Shown here: one piece after another, positions 26,893-35,941 of the stretch
How the letters are laid out: every line of letters begins with the position of its first letter
How positions within the stretch are numbered: position 1 is the first letter of the stretch
Source of the DNA: Nemertoderma westbladi
Lineage: Eukaryota; Animalia; Xenacoelomorpha
Reading direction: 5' to 3'
Assembly: GCA_032718475.1 (NCBI GenBank)
Contig: JAUCBJ010004486.1
Span: 1-35,941, forward strand
Length of the DNA: 35,941 nt
Program-made: the position numbers and the translations under genes
Notes under the pieces: model-generated
Database searches by the model: none
What the model saw: only the letters and a program-made list of their open reading frames with translations
Told to the model about the DNA's origin: nothing

Positions 26893-27474
26893 TCAGGTGA
26901 GGACCTTCGAATACGTAAGGGAAAGGCATGGGCAGCCTTGAATAGGCTTTCCAGGATTTGGAAGTCACCTAGAATTAATCGGAAACTTAAGGTCCGATTA
27001 TTTAGAGCAGCAGTAGTTCCAGTACTCCTCTACGGGAGTCCATGCTGGGCTCTAACTGCTGAGGACACCAAATCTCTGGATGGCACATTCACAAGAATGC
27101 TACGCCGGGTACATTGTGTCAAGTACAATGCACACATCTCCAACCAGACACTATATAACATTGGAGGTGTCTCATTGGTTCCCCCAAGCTTGACACTAGA
27201 ACAAAATCGCCTCCGCTTTGCAGGACATTGCTTTCGCCGTGAGGACCAGCCAGTGCATAATCTTGTACTTTGGCAGCCTCATGGAGTGAATAAGCATGGT
27301 GGACAGCCCATGACTTTCTTGAGACGCATCTTAAAGGACACTGGCCTTAAAGATGCGGATGATCTAGCAAATGTCATGGGTGATAGGGAGTTGTGGCGGA
27401 GCAATTTTGTTGACAAGCCGGCACAGCATTCTTAAAAATGCAGCTGCAATGCAGCATGCCGATCCTAGTAGTAG
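26893..27474 (+). mobile_element. 5'-truncated RTE copy 2
   Basis: Near-identical to the reverse complement of ~14682-15260. ORF 26938-27435 differs from copy 1 at 3 of 165 aa. Ends GCCGATCCTAGTAGTAG. Confidence 0.95.
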
Positions 27475-27579
27475 CCCACAGAACCGCTGCCCGATGACGC
27501 AGTACCCACAGAACCGCTGCCCAGTGACACAATGCCCATGGAACTGCTGTCCGGTGACGCAGTGCTCACGGAACCACTG
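27475..27579. repeat. Degenerate 30-bp tandem repeat (~3.5 units), resuming briefly after 32272
   Basis: CCCACAGAACCGCTGCCCGATGACGCAGTA-like units. The last unit is interrupted by the Transib-like element. Confidence 0.8.
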
Positions 27580-28066
27580 CACAGTGGGCCAGAATTGGCC
27601 ACAATACCCCAAAAGTGACTTGTTTAATTTTATCTGAAAACTAGCCTTATAGCACTTCTATCCAGTAAATTATAAAAATGCCCTTTTGTGCCCCTTTTGA
27701 GAATTTGGCTTTTAAAAATGTTAATTATTTCAAAAAAATGTCATTTATCGTCAATTATGGTGTTTTTGCTGCTACTTGTACAGTACTTGTAATTCATTAC
27801 TGTGTACTGCCTGATCTCCCCGGCAGCCTTCCTAGATGCCTCTATTACCTGAGCCGAGCCTACGTACGTCGTACATACGATAAGCAACACCAGCAAGTAG
27901 TAACTAATTGATTCTGGCCTATTATTTCGTGTAAGGGTAAGCCTGTCTTAATAAAAGGCTAAGACATTGGCGTTGTCGTTGTAAGTAGTAAGAATAGTAA
28001 GACGTTGTCTTACTATTGTATAGCAGAATAATTCGGCCAAGGAATAACAATTTAATACATTGAAAG

Positions 28067-28412
28067 CGCTCGCTGACTGTAGCTGCTCGCTGACTGTAGT
28101 CGCTCGCTGACTGTAGCTGCTCGCTGACTGTAGCCGCTCGCTGACTGTAGCCGCTCGCTGACTGTAGCCGCTCGCTGACTGTAGCCGCTCGCTGACTGTA
28201 GCCGCTCGCTGACTGTAGCCGCTCGCTGACTGTAGCCGCTCGCTGACTGTAGCCGCTCGCTGACTGTAGCCGCTCGCTGACTGTAGCCGCTCGCTGACTG
28301 TAGCCGCTCGCTGACTGTAGCCGCTCGCTGACTGTAGCCGCTCGCTGACTGTAGCCGCTCGCTGACTGTAGCCGCTCGCTGACTGTAGCCGGTCACTGAC
28401 TGTAGCTGCTTG
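28067..28412. repeat. 17-bp minisatellite (~20 units)
   Basis: Unit CGCTCGCTGACTGTAGC, homogeneous centre with degenerate edges. Confidence 0.98.
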
Positions 28413-28664
28413 CTGGTTGTTCCTGCACTGTTGGGGTACTATAGTACCCCACAGCCACTTTGAGTAGCTCGTGCTCAGAGTTGCCAGCAGCTTAGAAGCT
28501 GGTCTTCTAGGAATGCCTGCACCATATCTTTCATAATATATTTACGTTTTTTGAAAAATATTTATTATTTTGACATATTTTTAGTTCAACCTCCTACTAT
28601 GCTTTGGGGTACTATAGTACCCCAGTACTAAATCTATTGTACTGTAGACTGTAGTCCTGATATT

Positions 28665-28857
28665 GATATCAGTATATGGGTAGGTACTGTACGGTACCGG
28701 TACATAGCCATTGTACAGTTGTATGTTAGCCTGATAGTAGGTATTGTATTGTAGCTGAATAGCCTAAACGGTATATGGATATCAGTATATGGGTAGGTAC
28801 TGTACGGTACCGGTACATAGCCATTGTACAGTTGTATGTTAGCCTGATAGTAGGTAT
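28665..28857. repeat. ~80-bp direct duplication (offset 113 bp)
   Basis: GATATCAGTATATGGGTAGGTACTG...CTGATAGTAGGTAT at 28665-28744 and 28778-28857. Confidence 0.9.
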
Positions 28858-28870
28858 GTATAAGGGCGGT

Positions 28871-28871
<1 letters not shown>

Positions 28872-28906
<35 letters not shown>

Positions 28907-29770
28907 AGCGCTCTTTAATGGTAAAAAATACAACAATTTATACAAACAAATAAAACACGTTAGAGGGAGACCACCACTAGGCACCAGGCACTTACAGTGT
29001 AGGTTTAAAGTTCACTATACATACAGTAGATTTATGAGTATACATACAGTAGGATGTAGAATTTCGGACGATACAATGAAAACACATGTAAAAACAGCAA
29101 TAACAATTATGAGGAAAAACGGATTTATAAAAATTTTCAGAAATAAAATCATTTCAGCTACACTCACGGACGGTAGGAAATTGGGTATAAGTAAAACTAA
29201 AATTTGGACCATGGATGATATGAACAATAATTAAATTATATCAGATATCAAAGTTACAGAAAGGCATAAAATCGAAATCAAGTAGCAAATGAGAAAATAT
29301 TGAAATTGATTTTGCACCAACAGTTTCAGACGGCAAGGAGTTCCAGAGTGGCACAACACGATTTGAAAAATAATGTTTGTATATCTGCAGCCGACAGCGC
29401 GGTACAAAAAGCTTTTGGTTGTGGCCTCTCAGACCTGAACGAGGCGGCTCAGAAAAGTACTGGGCGCTCTCAAGATCTACCAGTCCGTGTTTTATACGGT
29501 AGACCATCTTTAAATCGAAAACATGTCTACGTACCTCTAGCGGCTGCAAATTCAAAAAATGTAAGCGATCAATATAAGTAGCGGGGGACAGATTGCACCT
29601 AAGAAAGAGTCGCCTACAGAAGTACCGTTGTACACGTTCCACGAGGTTTATAAATCTCTTTGTAAACGGAGACCACACAGGGGTACAATATTCATGTAGA
29701 GGACGCACCATAGATTTATATGCTGTTAGTAAAGCCGACTTGTTTGTGGAGACAATGTTTCTAAAAAGCA
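28872..29770 (-). mobile_element. 5'-truncated CR1/L2-type LINE with a poly(A) tail
   Basis: ORF 29241-29771 carries AYKSMVRPLHEYCTPVWSP, ERVQR, LRGHNQKL and FSNRVVPLWNSLP. About 340-bp 3' UTR and a 31-nt A tail (T run 28872-28902). Short TGTT duplication. Confidence 0.9.
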
Positions 29771-29771
29771 T

Positions 29772-30267
29772 GTTGATGCCGTTGATAAATGTTTATCGAC
29801 ATACACGGTGAAAAGAATGACTAAGCGTTGGCCAGTTGTTGTATTTGCGTATATACTCGATATTTCTGCCTACAATTCATTTTGTGTTTGGATGGATTTG
29901 TTCCCTGAATGGAATGACAAGCAGAAGATGCGGAGGAGACGTTTATTCCTAGAACACCTTGGGCGAGAACTTGTTACACCTCATATAGAATCCCGAGCAG
30001 TTCTTCCCCGGTCTGCACAAGCCGCCACCCTGGAGAGATATTCTATATTCTATTAGAGATATTCAAGGGACATCATCCTCTCCTTCAACAGACAGTCAAT
30101 GTCCAACTGTTTCTGATTCAATCGCAGATTCCAGGAAGTCAAAGAAACGGCGCTGCGAGGAATGTCATCGTGAGGACGACGTGAAATCGTCAATGAGTTG
30201 CTGCAAATGCCATAAATGTATATGTGTGAGGCACGCATATTCAGTTTGTTACAACTGCAAACCATAA
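29772..30267 (+). pseudogene. piggyBac (PGBD4-like) transposase C-terminal relic
   Basis: VDAVDKCLSTYTVKRMTKRWPVVVFAYILDISAYNS...RRRLFLEHLGRELV, then a frameshift near 30030-30060. Cys-rich tail KKRRCEECHREDDVKSSMSCCKCHKCICVRHAYSVCYNCKP*. Confidence 0.9.
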
Positions 30268-30833
30268 GGATTGACTCGTATATTTGCCTACTACACTATA
30301 GGCCTACAATATATCTATTGTTATTCTGCAAATATAATCTTTCTATCTGTACCTACACTACATTTATTACCGGTATGTATATTGTATATTGGACTATTAT
30401 GTAGGGTAATACATTCCTGGGGCCTATATTTTACTGTATATAATACTTAATATATTGTATTATCCCATGTTTTATTATATTTGTGATTGCTTTGAATGTA
30501 CGGGCCCAGGTCACCCTACATTCCTTACTACAACTCTAGTTTTATTATATTTCATGTTTCTCTATGTACTGTAAGTTGCATGTATCAGTATTTGCCTATA
30601 TATTATCTGAATACTACTATTGTCTTATTGTCTATATAGATATATATATAACACACTGTTTTAGATAAATGATGCAGTTTTTTTGAAAACCTAAATTTGC
30701 CTGACACCAGACTAAATGATTATACCTGCATGGCACGTAACAAAACTTACAGATGGTCTATCTACTATACAATACAACGAGTTTACCAAGTTTGGTGCGA
30801 TTTCGGCAAGCCATTATGGATAAATTGACATTT

Positions 30834-30898
30834 TTGTTGACAAGCCGGCACAGCATTCTTAAAAATGCAGCTGCAATGCAGCATGCCGATCCTAGTAG
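30834..30898 (+). mobile_element. Extremely truncated RTE copy 3 (~65 bp) with a 19-bp TSD
   Basis: Matches the RTE 3' terminus. TSD TATGGATAAATTGACATTT at 30815-30833 and 30899-30917. Confidence 0.93.
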
Positions 30899-31676
30899 TA
30901 TGGATAAATTGACATTTAAATATTTGACAGACACTCGAACTGACAAACAGACAGACATACACTACTTGGCACTCATGGAATGGCATAAAAACACTAGCTG
31001 ATAACTAAACATGGTTCACACAAGGTAAATTACCTAGACTTATCATACATTTGTTATTGAAATTATGGTAAATTAGTGTGGGGTATTATAGTACCCCAAG
31101 CACTGTAGATGTGTATTGAAACGAACAATGCAGGAAGGTTAATAAAATACAATCAGCATCCATACCTTATTTTTCTAGTTTATTAAAAAAGCCATAATAG
31201 ACTGAAAATACCTAGATACATATAATAATTTAAAGTTTACTTAAAGTCAAAACTGGAGGGGGCATTAGAACCTCTATTTCAATACACTAAAGAAAATATT
31301 TAAAAAAATGAAAACAAATTGAAAATAAAGAAGATAATTATATCATGCTTTAGTAGCAATTTTGATATTTTGTGCCATGCTGAACACATGTGCCACGTGC
31401 TAAAAAAGTGTAACTTCTGTACCACTGGATAATTCAAAATTACTTGTAATGGAATCAGCTCCTTTGAAAACCTACAAAAAAAACCACAAATGGCTCATTT
31501 CTATTAAACTTTAGCGATTTTTATATTTTGTGCCATGCCAAACAAAAGTGCCATGTTCCATATGCTAAAAAGTGTAACATCTGTGCCACTGCTGCACTGG
31601 GTAATTCTAAACTACTTGTAATGGAATCAGCTCCTTTGAAAACCTATAAAAACCGCAAAGGGCAGATTTCTATTAA

Positions 31677-31894
31677 GCAAGCAAACAGGCTCCTCTTTCA
31701 ATAGCTTCTACCCGAGGGTAGGGGTGGGCGCTACTCCTATCCCAAGATTTGCTCCCAGTTATTTAACTGGTACTCATTTCATCGACCCCAGTGGATGAAA
31801 GGCTGAGTGGACCCTGGCGGGACTGAACCTACAACCAATAGATTGCAGGCCTGGCGCTCAACCAACTGAGCTACCCCGCCTTCACCCTCACCTT
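31677..31894 (-). mobile_element. tRNA-derived SINE with a 14-bp TSD
   Basis: A box TAGCTCAGTTGG, B box GGTTCAGTCCC, central CTCAGCCTTTCATCCACTGGGGTCGATGAAATGAGTACC and a (TTGC)n tail. TSD CAGATTTCTATTAA at 31663-31676 and 31895-31908. A paralogous empty site lies at ~31495. Confidence 0.9.
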
Positions 31895-32318
31895 CAGATT
31901 TCTATTAAACTTTAGCAATTTTAATATTTTGTGCAATGCCAAACAAAGTACCATGTGCCACATGCTAAAAAGTGCCACTTCTGTGCCACTATAGAATTTG
32001 AAACCATTTACTAAAGCTTCAGCACCCTGTTAAACCTTGTGGAACCGAAATCTGTGCTATTCTTTCTGTGTTTATTGTGTTTACCAAATATGCAAATTTT
32101 GGCACGTGCCAGAAATGCCACAAAGGCACCTTTTGAGAATTTGAGACTCATCTCAGAAGATTCGCCACTATCGAAAACCCGTATAGGTGAAAAATAGTGC
32201 CCAAACTATGAATATTTTTCAAAAATTCAATAATGAATTTTGGCCACAAAACAGGGTTTCTGGCCCACTGTGTACTGCCCGGTGATTATTGACATATTAT
32301 TACTGCATGAGTGCTGCG

Positions 32319-32459
32319 GACTTGGAGATTACAATAGCATCTACCCTATCGCGGATGGCTCACATTAATTACAAATGCAGCAAAGCAAATCGTACACTCT
32401 TCCTCATCAAAATAAACTATTCAGCTCAATTACCAATCCAATCTAAACTAAACTTATAT
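32319..32459 (+). pseudogene. Degenerate CR1/L2-type RT fragment
   Basis: DLEITIASTLSRMAHINYKCSKANRTLFLIK...KLNLY resembles the DLG..L.W..HI...SKANR.L..I segment of these LINEs. Confidence 0.65.
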
Positions 32460-32575
32460 ACTACTACTAGGTCGAGCGAACTTGGACAGTAGAATTGAGA
32501 TCCTTCCAGGCTTCCCGATTCTCCATAGTTGTCGCAATTTCGTTTCTCCCAAGTTCACTATTCCTTTCACGATTA
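32460..32575 (-). mobile_element. 3' end of a second RTE-like family
   Basis: Minus strand encodes EIATTMENREAWKDLNSTVQVRST* running directly into a (TAG)n tail, parallel to LANVMGDRELWR of family 1. The 5' limit is approximate. Confidence 0.6.
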
Positions 32576-32672
32576 CCCAATGAAACATTTATTCTCACAC
32601 TTAACATTTATTTGTTCTATACATTTAGGGAGCGGTGTTAGAGCCAATCTCATTAAGATGATTTAACATTCT

Positions 32673-33476
32673 ATTACCAATTGAGAAAAAGTCAATTAAG
32701 GTAAATGTTCAGGGTCTTACCGGGCAGAAACAATAAAATGCTGATGTTAGTGAACGTTTTCGCCCTTACCGGGCTACTTCAGACTATATTATGATAAAAG
32801 TTAAATTATTGTAATAATAATTGCATCACACCACCAATTCAAAAATCCCTCTCTATTATATTACAAGGGTTCTATGTGATTAGGTCCTAATAACATGTCA
32901 TTAAGGAGAGATATGCACAAAACACAGGTTAGTAAAATACACATAGTTTATTTAAAGCTACCATTAGATATGAGTAAAATGTATTTTATTAAATCGGGGT
33001 TGTTATAACAAAAAGGGATAATGAAATCGTACTCCGGTTCATGTATACGTGTTTAGGGCAGGTACAGTATGATGTACAGTACACGAAGTGTTAAAAAGGG
33101 GGGTTTAGAATTGAAAATATGATTGTAATCGTTATATTGTGCACAAATACAAATAACCCAATCCCCAGGATGGCAAGAAACAGAGTAAAAGGTATTAATA
33201 CTATCGGGGTTAATGCGTTATGACAAAAGGCAATAACGAAGTCGTAAACAATAATGCAGTCCCAGGATGGTAAGACACAGAGTAAAGGTATTAATAATAT
33301 TGGGGTTAATGTTTACTTGGGTTAACTTGGGTTTACTAATGGGTTAACTTTTATCATCATATAGTCTGAAGTAGACCAGTAAGGGCAAAAACGTTCACTA
33401 ACATCAGCATTTTATTGTTTCTGCCAGGTAAGACCCCGAACATTTACTTTAATTGACTTCTTTCTCAATTGGTAAT
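32673..33476. mobile_element. Penelope-like relic bounded by ~132-bp inverted repeats with hammerhead-like cores
   Basis: Arms at 32673-32804 and 33344-33476. The left arm, minus strand, reads CTGAAGTAGCCCGGTAAGGGCGAAAACG. The inverted repeat is certain; the family call is inference. Confidence 0.6.
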
Positions 33477-33848
33477 TAGTTTACTTAATTAGTGCATTTA
33501 GCAAGTATCTGGCATTCTACTCATTGAAGAATCCATTAAGTGACTATAATTTAGTTGTTTGCTAAAGAGTCAAAGTGCGATATTTCTGTCTCACACTGAA
33601 TTGCATTTTCCGGGAAACAACATTTTACCCGATCGGGTATTTTAAAAATCCTATTTCTTGAGAAGTCTTCATTCTGAGAATGTGGTTTATGATTCATTTT
33701 GTAGATAATTCATGTGAGAACTATTTGAATATTTTAATTGATGTTTAATTGAAAAGTTTTCATGCTATAATACTTTGAATGAGAAATGGACTGTATTTTT
33801 ATCGTGATAGGCCTAATTTTTCAATATCTTTCCACATAACTTGTTAAG

Positions 33849-34198
33849 TACTAATACTAGTATCGGCATGCTGCATTGCAGCTGCATTTTTAAGAATGCT
33901 GTGCCGGCTTGTCGACAAAATTGCGCCGCCACAACTCCCTATTACCCATGACATTTGCTAGATCATCCGCATCTTCAAGGCCAGTGTCCTTTAAGATGCG
34001 TCTCAAGAAAGTCATGGGCTGTCCACCATGCTTATTCACTCCATGAGGCTGCCAAAGTACAAGATTATGCACTGGCAGGTCCTCACGGCGAAAGCAATGT
34101 CCTGCAAAGCGGAGGCGAATTTTGTTCTAGTGTCAAGCTTGGGGGAACCAATGAGACACCTCCAATGTTATATAGTGTCTGGTTGGAGATGTGAGCAT
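33849..34198 (-). mobile_element. 5'-truncated RTE copy 4 (frameshifted)
   Basis: Matches ~14690-15025 with several substitutions and a 1-nt insertion near 34119. Degenerate (TAG)n tail; no clear TSD. Confidence 0.93.
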
Positions 34199-34841
34199 TT
34201 TGGTCAAAATTAATTTGGGCCTTCTCCAGAAATAGGATTTTCAATTTTATTTTTAAATATGTGTGGCTTATGGTCTGGACTGCACAGAAATCAAATTTCA
34301 ACATGATTTCTGAACTTTTTGGCCAAAGACGGTCTCAAATATGTATTTGGATCCTTCATAGCTATTTGGATGCTTCATAGCTATTTTGGATTTTGGGGCT
34401 ATTCAAAGAATATATTAATTTTTCCAACGAGGGAAGTCCCCAACTCTATTGTAATGTTTAATTAATACTAGTGATAAGATTCATTTCGTAGTAGGGGAAG
34501 CTGCTGGTCCACCAAACAATTCTGAAATCGCTTGTGTGAGATAAAGTTCGTTAAATTAAAGTGCAACTTCAATGGTTTTATTGTTATTTTTGGATGCTAG
34601 TAAGATATTTGATAGTAAAGCAAGAAAAACTATATACAACTAATGCATGGCTATTTTATGATATTTGTCTATTGAGGAATTCAACTCCATTATTTTGTTC
34701 CTTTTGGTTGCACATTGGAAATATAATGGACCCAGTGGACAAAATTATATCTGTAGACTGTAGTGCATTTAGACTTAACTTAGATTTGGATTTAACTTAA
34801 CTTTAATTTAAGTTAACTTAGATTTAGTTTGGACAGGTAAC

Positions 34842-34965
34842 TTTCTTACTGGGCGTACCCAATCTGTTAGGGATAGTGGAGTATTAAGTGAAGTGGGACT
34901 CGAATGGTGACCAGTGGCATTCCTCAAGGGACTGTTACTGCGCCACTATTATTCTTTTATTATAT
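34842..34965 (+). pseudogene. Old CR1/L2-type RT fragment
   Basis: FLTGRTQSVRDSGVLSE, frameshift, then MVTSGIPQGTVTAPLLFFYYI, matching the VTSGVPQGSVLGPLLF motif. Confidence 0.7.
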
Positions 34966-35144
34966 AGGAAGGGATCTTGGGGTCTTAGCCTCGAATGATA
35001 AGTTTATTTTACCGAAAATAACTTATCTTTTATTGGCGCAATTGTAGGACTAATCCCATCACATGCGTACTTTTTAACCGGGTAGTGTACAAATTTAGGA
35101 ATCGCGTAATTTTTTCTTGAAATTAATATCTCATATCTCTCCAA

Positions 35145-35187
35145 ACCACGTACGCGTTTCGACCTTACTGGGTCTCATCAGCGTGGT
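35145..35187 (-). ncRNA. Minimal type I hammerhead ribozyme (unit 1)
   Basis: 5'-ACCACG CUGAUGA GACC CAGUAA GGUC GAAA CGCG UA CGUGGU-3'. Intact core, 6-bp stem I, 4-bp stem II, palindromic stem III (ACGCGU), GUA cleavage triplet. Confidence 0.88.
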
Positions 35188-35250
35188 GTCGGATTCGAAC
35201 CTGGGACCTCGAGGTGGAAGCCGAGACTACAACCACTAGGCCACAGGTTC
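35188..35250 (-). promoter_or_regulatory. tRNA-derived Pol III internal promoter (Gly-like head), unit 1
   Basis: A box TGGCCTAGTGG, anticodon-like loop CTTCCAC, B box GGTTCGAATCC. T and acceptor stems are incomplete, so this is not a real tRNA. Confidence 0.8.
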
Positions 35251-35556
35251 TTGAGATATGGAGTATTAATTTCAAAGCCAGCTGCCATTTTATTAGCCCC
35301 TGATTTTTTATTATTGATAGTAACAATGTGTTGGCAAGCTGTATTTTTCGAGGTGTTTGTTATTATACATTTATTATAGGAAGGGATCTTGGGGTCTTAG
35401 CCTCGAATGATAAGTTTATTTTACCGAAAATAACTTATCTTTTATTGGCGCAATTGTAGGACTAATCCCATCACATGCGTACTTTTTAACCGGGTAGTGT
35501 ACAAATTTAGGAATCGCGTAATTTTTTCTTGAAATTAATATCTCATATCTCTCCAA

Positions 35557-35599
35557 ACCACGTACGCGTTTCGACCTTACTGGGTCTCATCAGCGTGGT
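35557..35599 (-). ncRNA. Minimal type I hammerhead ribozyme (unit 2)
   Basis: Identical to 35145-35187, offset by 412 bp. Confidence 0.88.
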
Positions 35600-35662
35600 G
35601 TCGGATTCGAACCTGGGACCTCGAGGTGGAAGCCGAGACTACAACCACTAGGCCACAGGTTC
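35600..35662 (-). promoter_or_regulatory. tRNA-derived Pol III internal promoter (Gly-like head), unit 2
   Basis: Identical to 35188-35250. Confidence 0.8.
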
Positions 35663-35941
35663 TTGAGATATGGAGTATTAATTTCAAAGCCAGCTGCCAT
35701 TTTATTAGCCCCTGATTTTTTATTATTGATAGTAACAATGTGTTGGCAAGCTGTATTTTTCGAGGTGTTTGTTATTATACATTTATTATAGGAAGGGATC
35801 TTGGGGTCTTAGCCTCGAATGATAAGTTTATTTTACCGAAAATAACTTATCTTTTATTGGCGCAATTGTAGGACTAATCCCATCACATGCGTACTTTTTA
35901 ACCGGGTAGTGTACAAATTTAGGAATCGCGTAATTTTTTCT

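Larger units (their letters stand above)
28420..31138 (+). mobile_element. Internally deleted piggyBac element
   Basis: Right end AACAATGCAGGAAGG followed by TTAA (31139-31142). Left end TTCCTGCACTGTT lacks the terminal CC and TTAA. Subterminal palindromes GGGGTACTATAGTACCCC; transposase relic inside. Confidence 0.8.
27580..32272. mobile_element. Non-autonomous Transib-like DNA transposon with nested insertions
   Basis: Perfect 15-bp TIR CACAGTGGGCCAGAA (27580-27594) / TTCTGGCCCACTGTG (32258-32272). Flanked by 5-bp CACTG/TACTG (4 of 5 match). Removing it restores the flanking 30-bp repeat unit. Internal ~160-180-bp imperfect repeats at ~31350-31990. Confidence 0.75.
34963..35941. repeat. 412-bp tandem repeat (at least 2.4 units, open at the right edge) carrying a tRNA head and a hammerhead
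   Basis: TATAGGAAGGGATCTTGGGG starts at 34963, 35375 and 35787. Copies appear identical by eye. Confidence 0.97.

Noticed and set aside
27799-27811. ACTGTGTACTGCC also found across the Transib right junction (~32267-32279)
   Set aside because: A single 13-bp match with no adjoining TIR sequence; may be chance.
28052-28396. 114-aa repetitive ORF
   Set aside because: Translation of the 17-bp minisatellite.
30034-30064. AGAGATATTC duplication in the transposase relic as an excision footprint
   Set aside because: Indistinguishable from ordinary slippage or repair.
30690-31010. Possible Helentron/HINE-like insert with GACA repeats
   Set aside because: Termini and target site could not be defined.
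35188-35250. Functional tRNA-Gly gene (likewise the head at ~31810-31880)
   Set aside because: Acceptor and T stems do not pair fully, and both are embedded in repeat or SINE units.

Overview
Eukaryotic, most likely animal, genomic DNA; the species cannot be identified from the sequence. The only host-gene sequence is two minus-strand exons of an axonemal outer-arm dynein heavy chain (DNAH5/DNAH8-like) at 26641-26797 and 25289-25446. Downstream of them, 1-25033 is a 55-bp satellite array of about 430 units, open at the left edge. A 5'-truncated RTE retrotransposon interrupts it at 14682-16149. The 1.2-kb intron between the exons is filled by 43-bp and ~26-bp tandem repeats. Upstream lies a nest of mobile elements: three more copies of the same RTE family, a Transib-like element with CACAGTG ends (containing a piggyBac relic split by a CR1/L2-type LINE, and a tRNA-derived SINE), a Penelope-like inverted repeat, and old LINE fragments. 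The strongest candidate for an unusual system is the 412-bp tandem array at the right edge. On the minus strand each unit carries a tRNA-like Pol III head fused directly to a minimal type I hammerhead ribozyme, enclosed by an inverted repeat (retrozyme/Sm-alpha-like). The many long + strand ORFs in 1-25 kb are satellite artefacts. Family assignments come from motif recognition; no database search was run.
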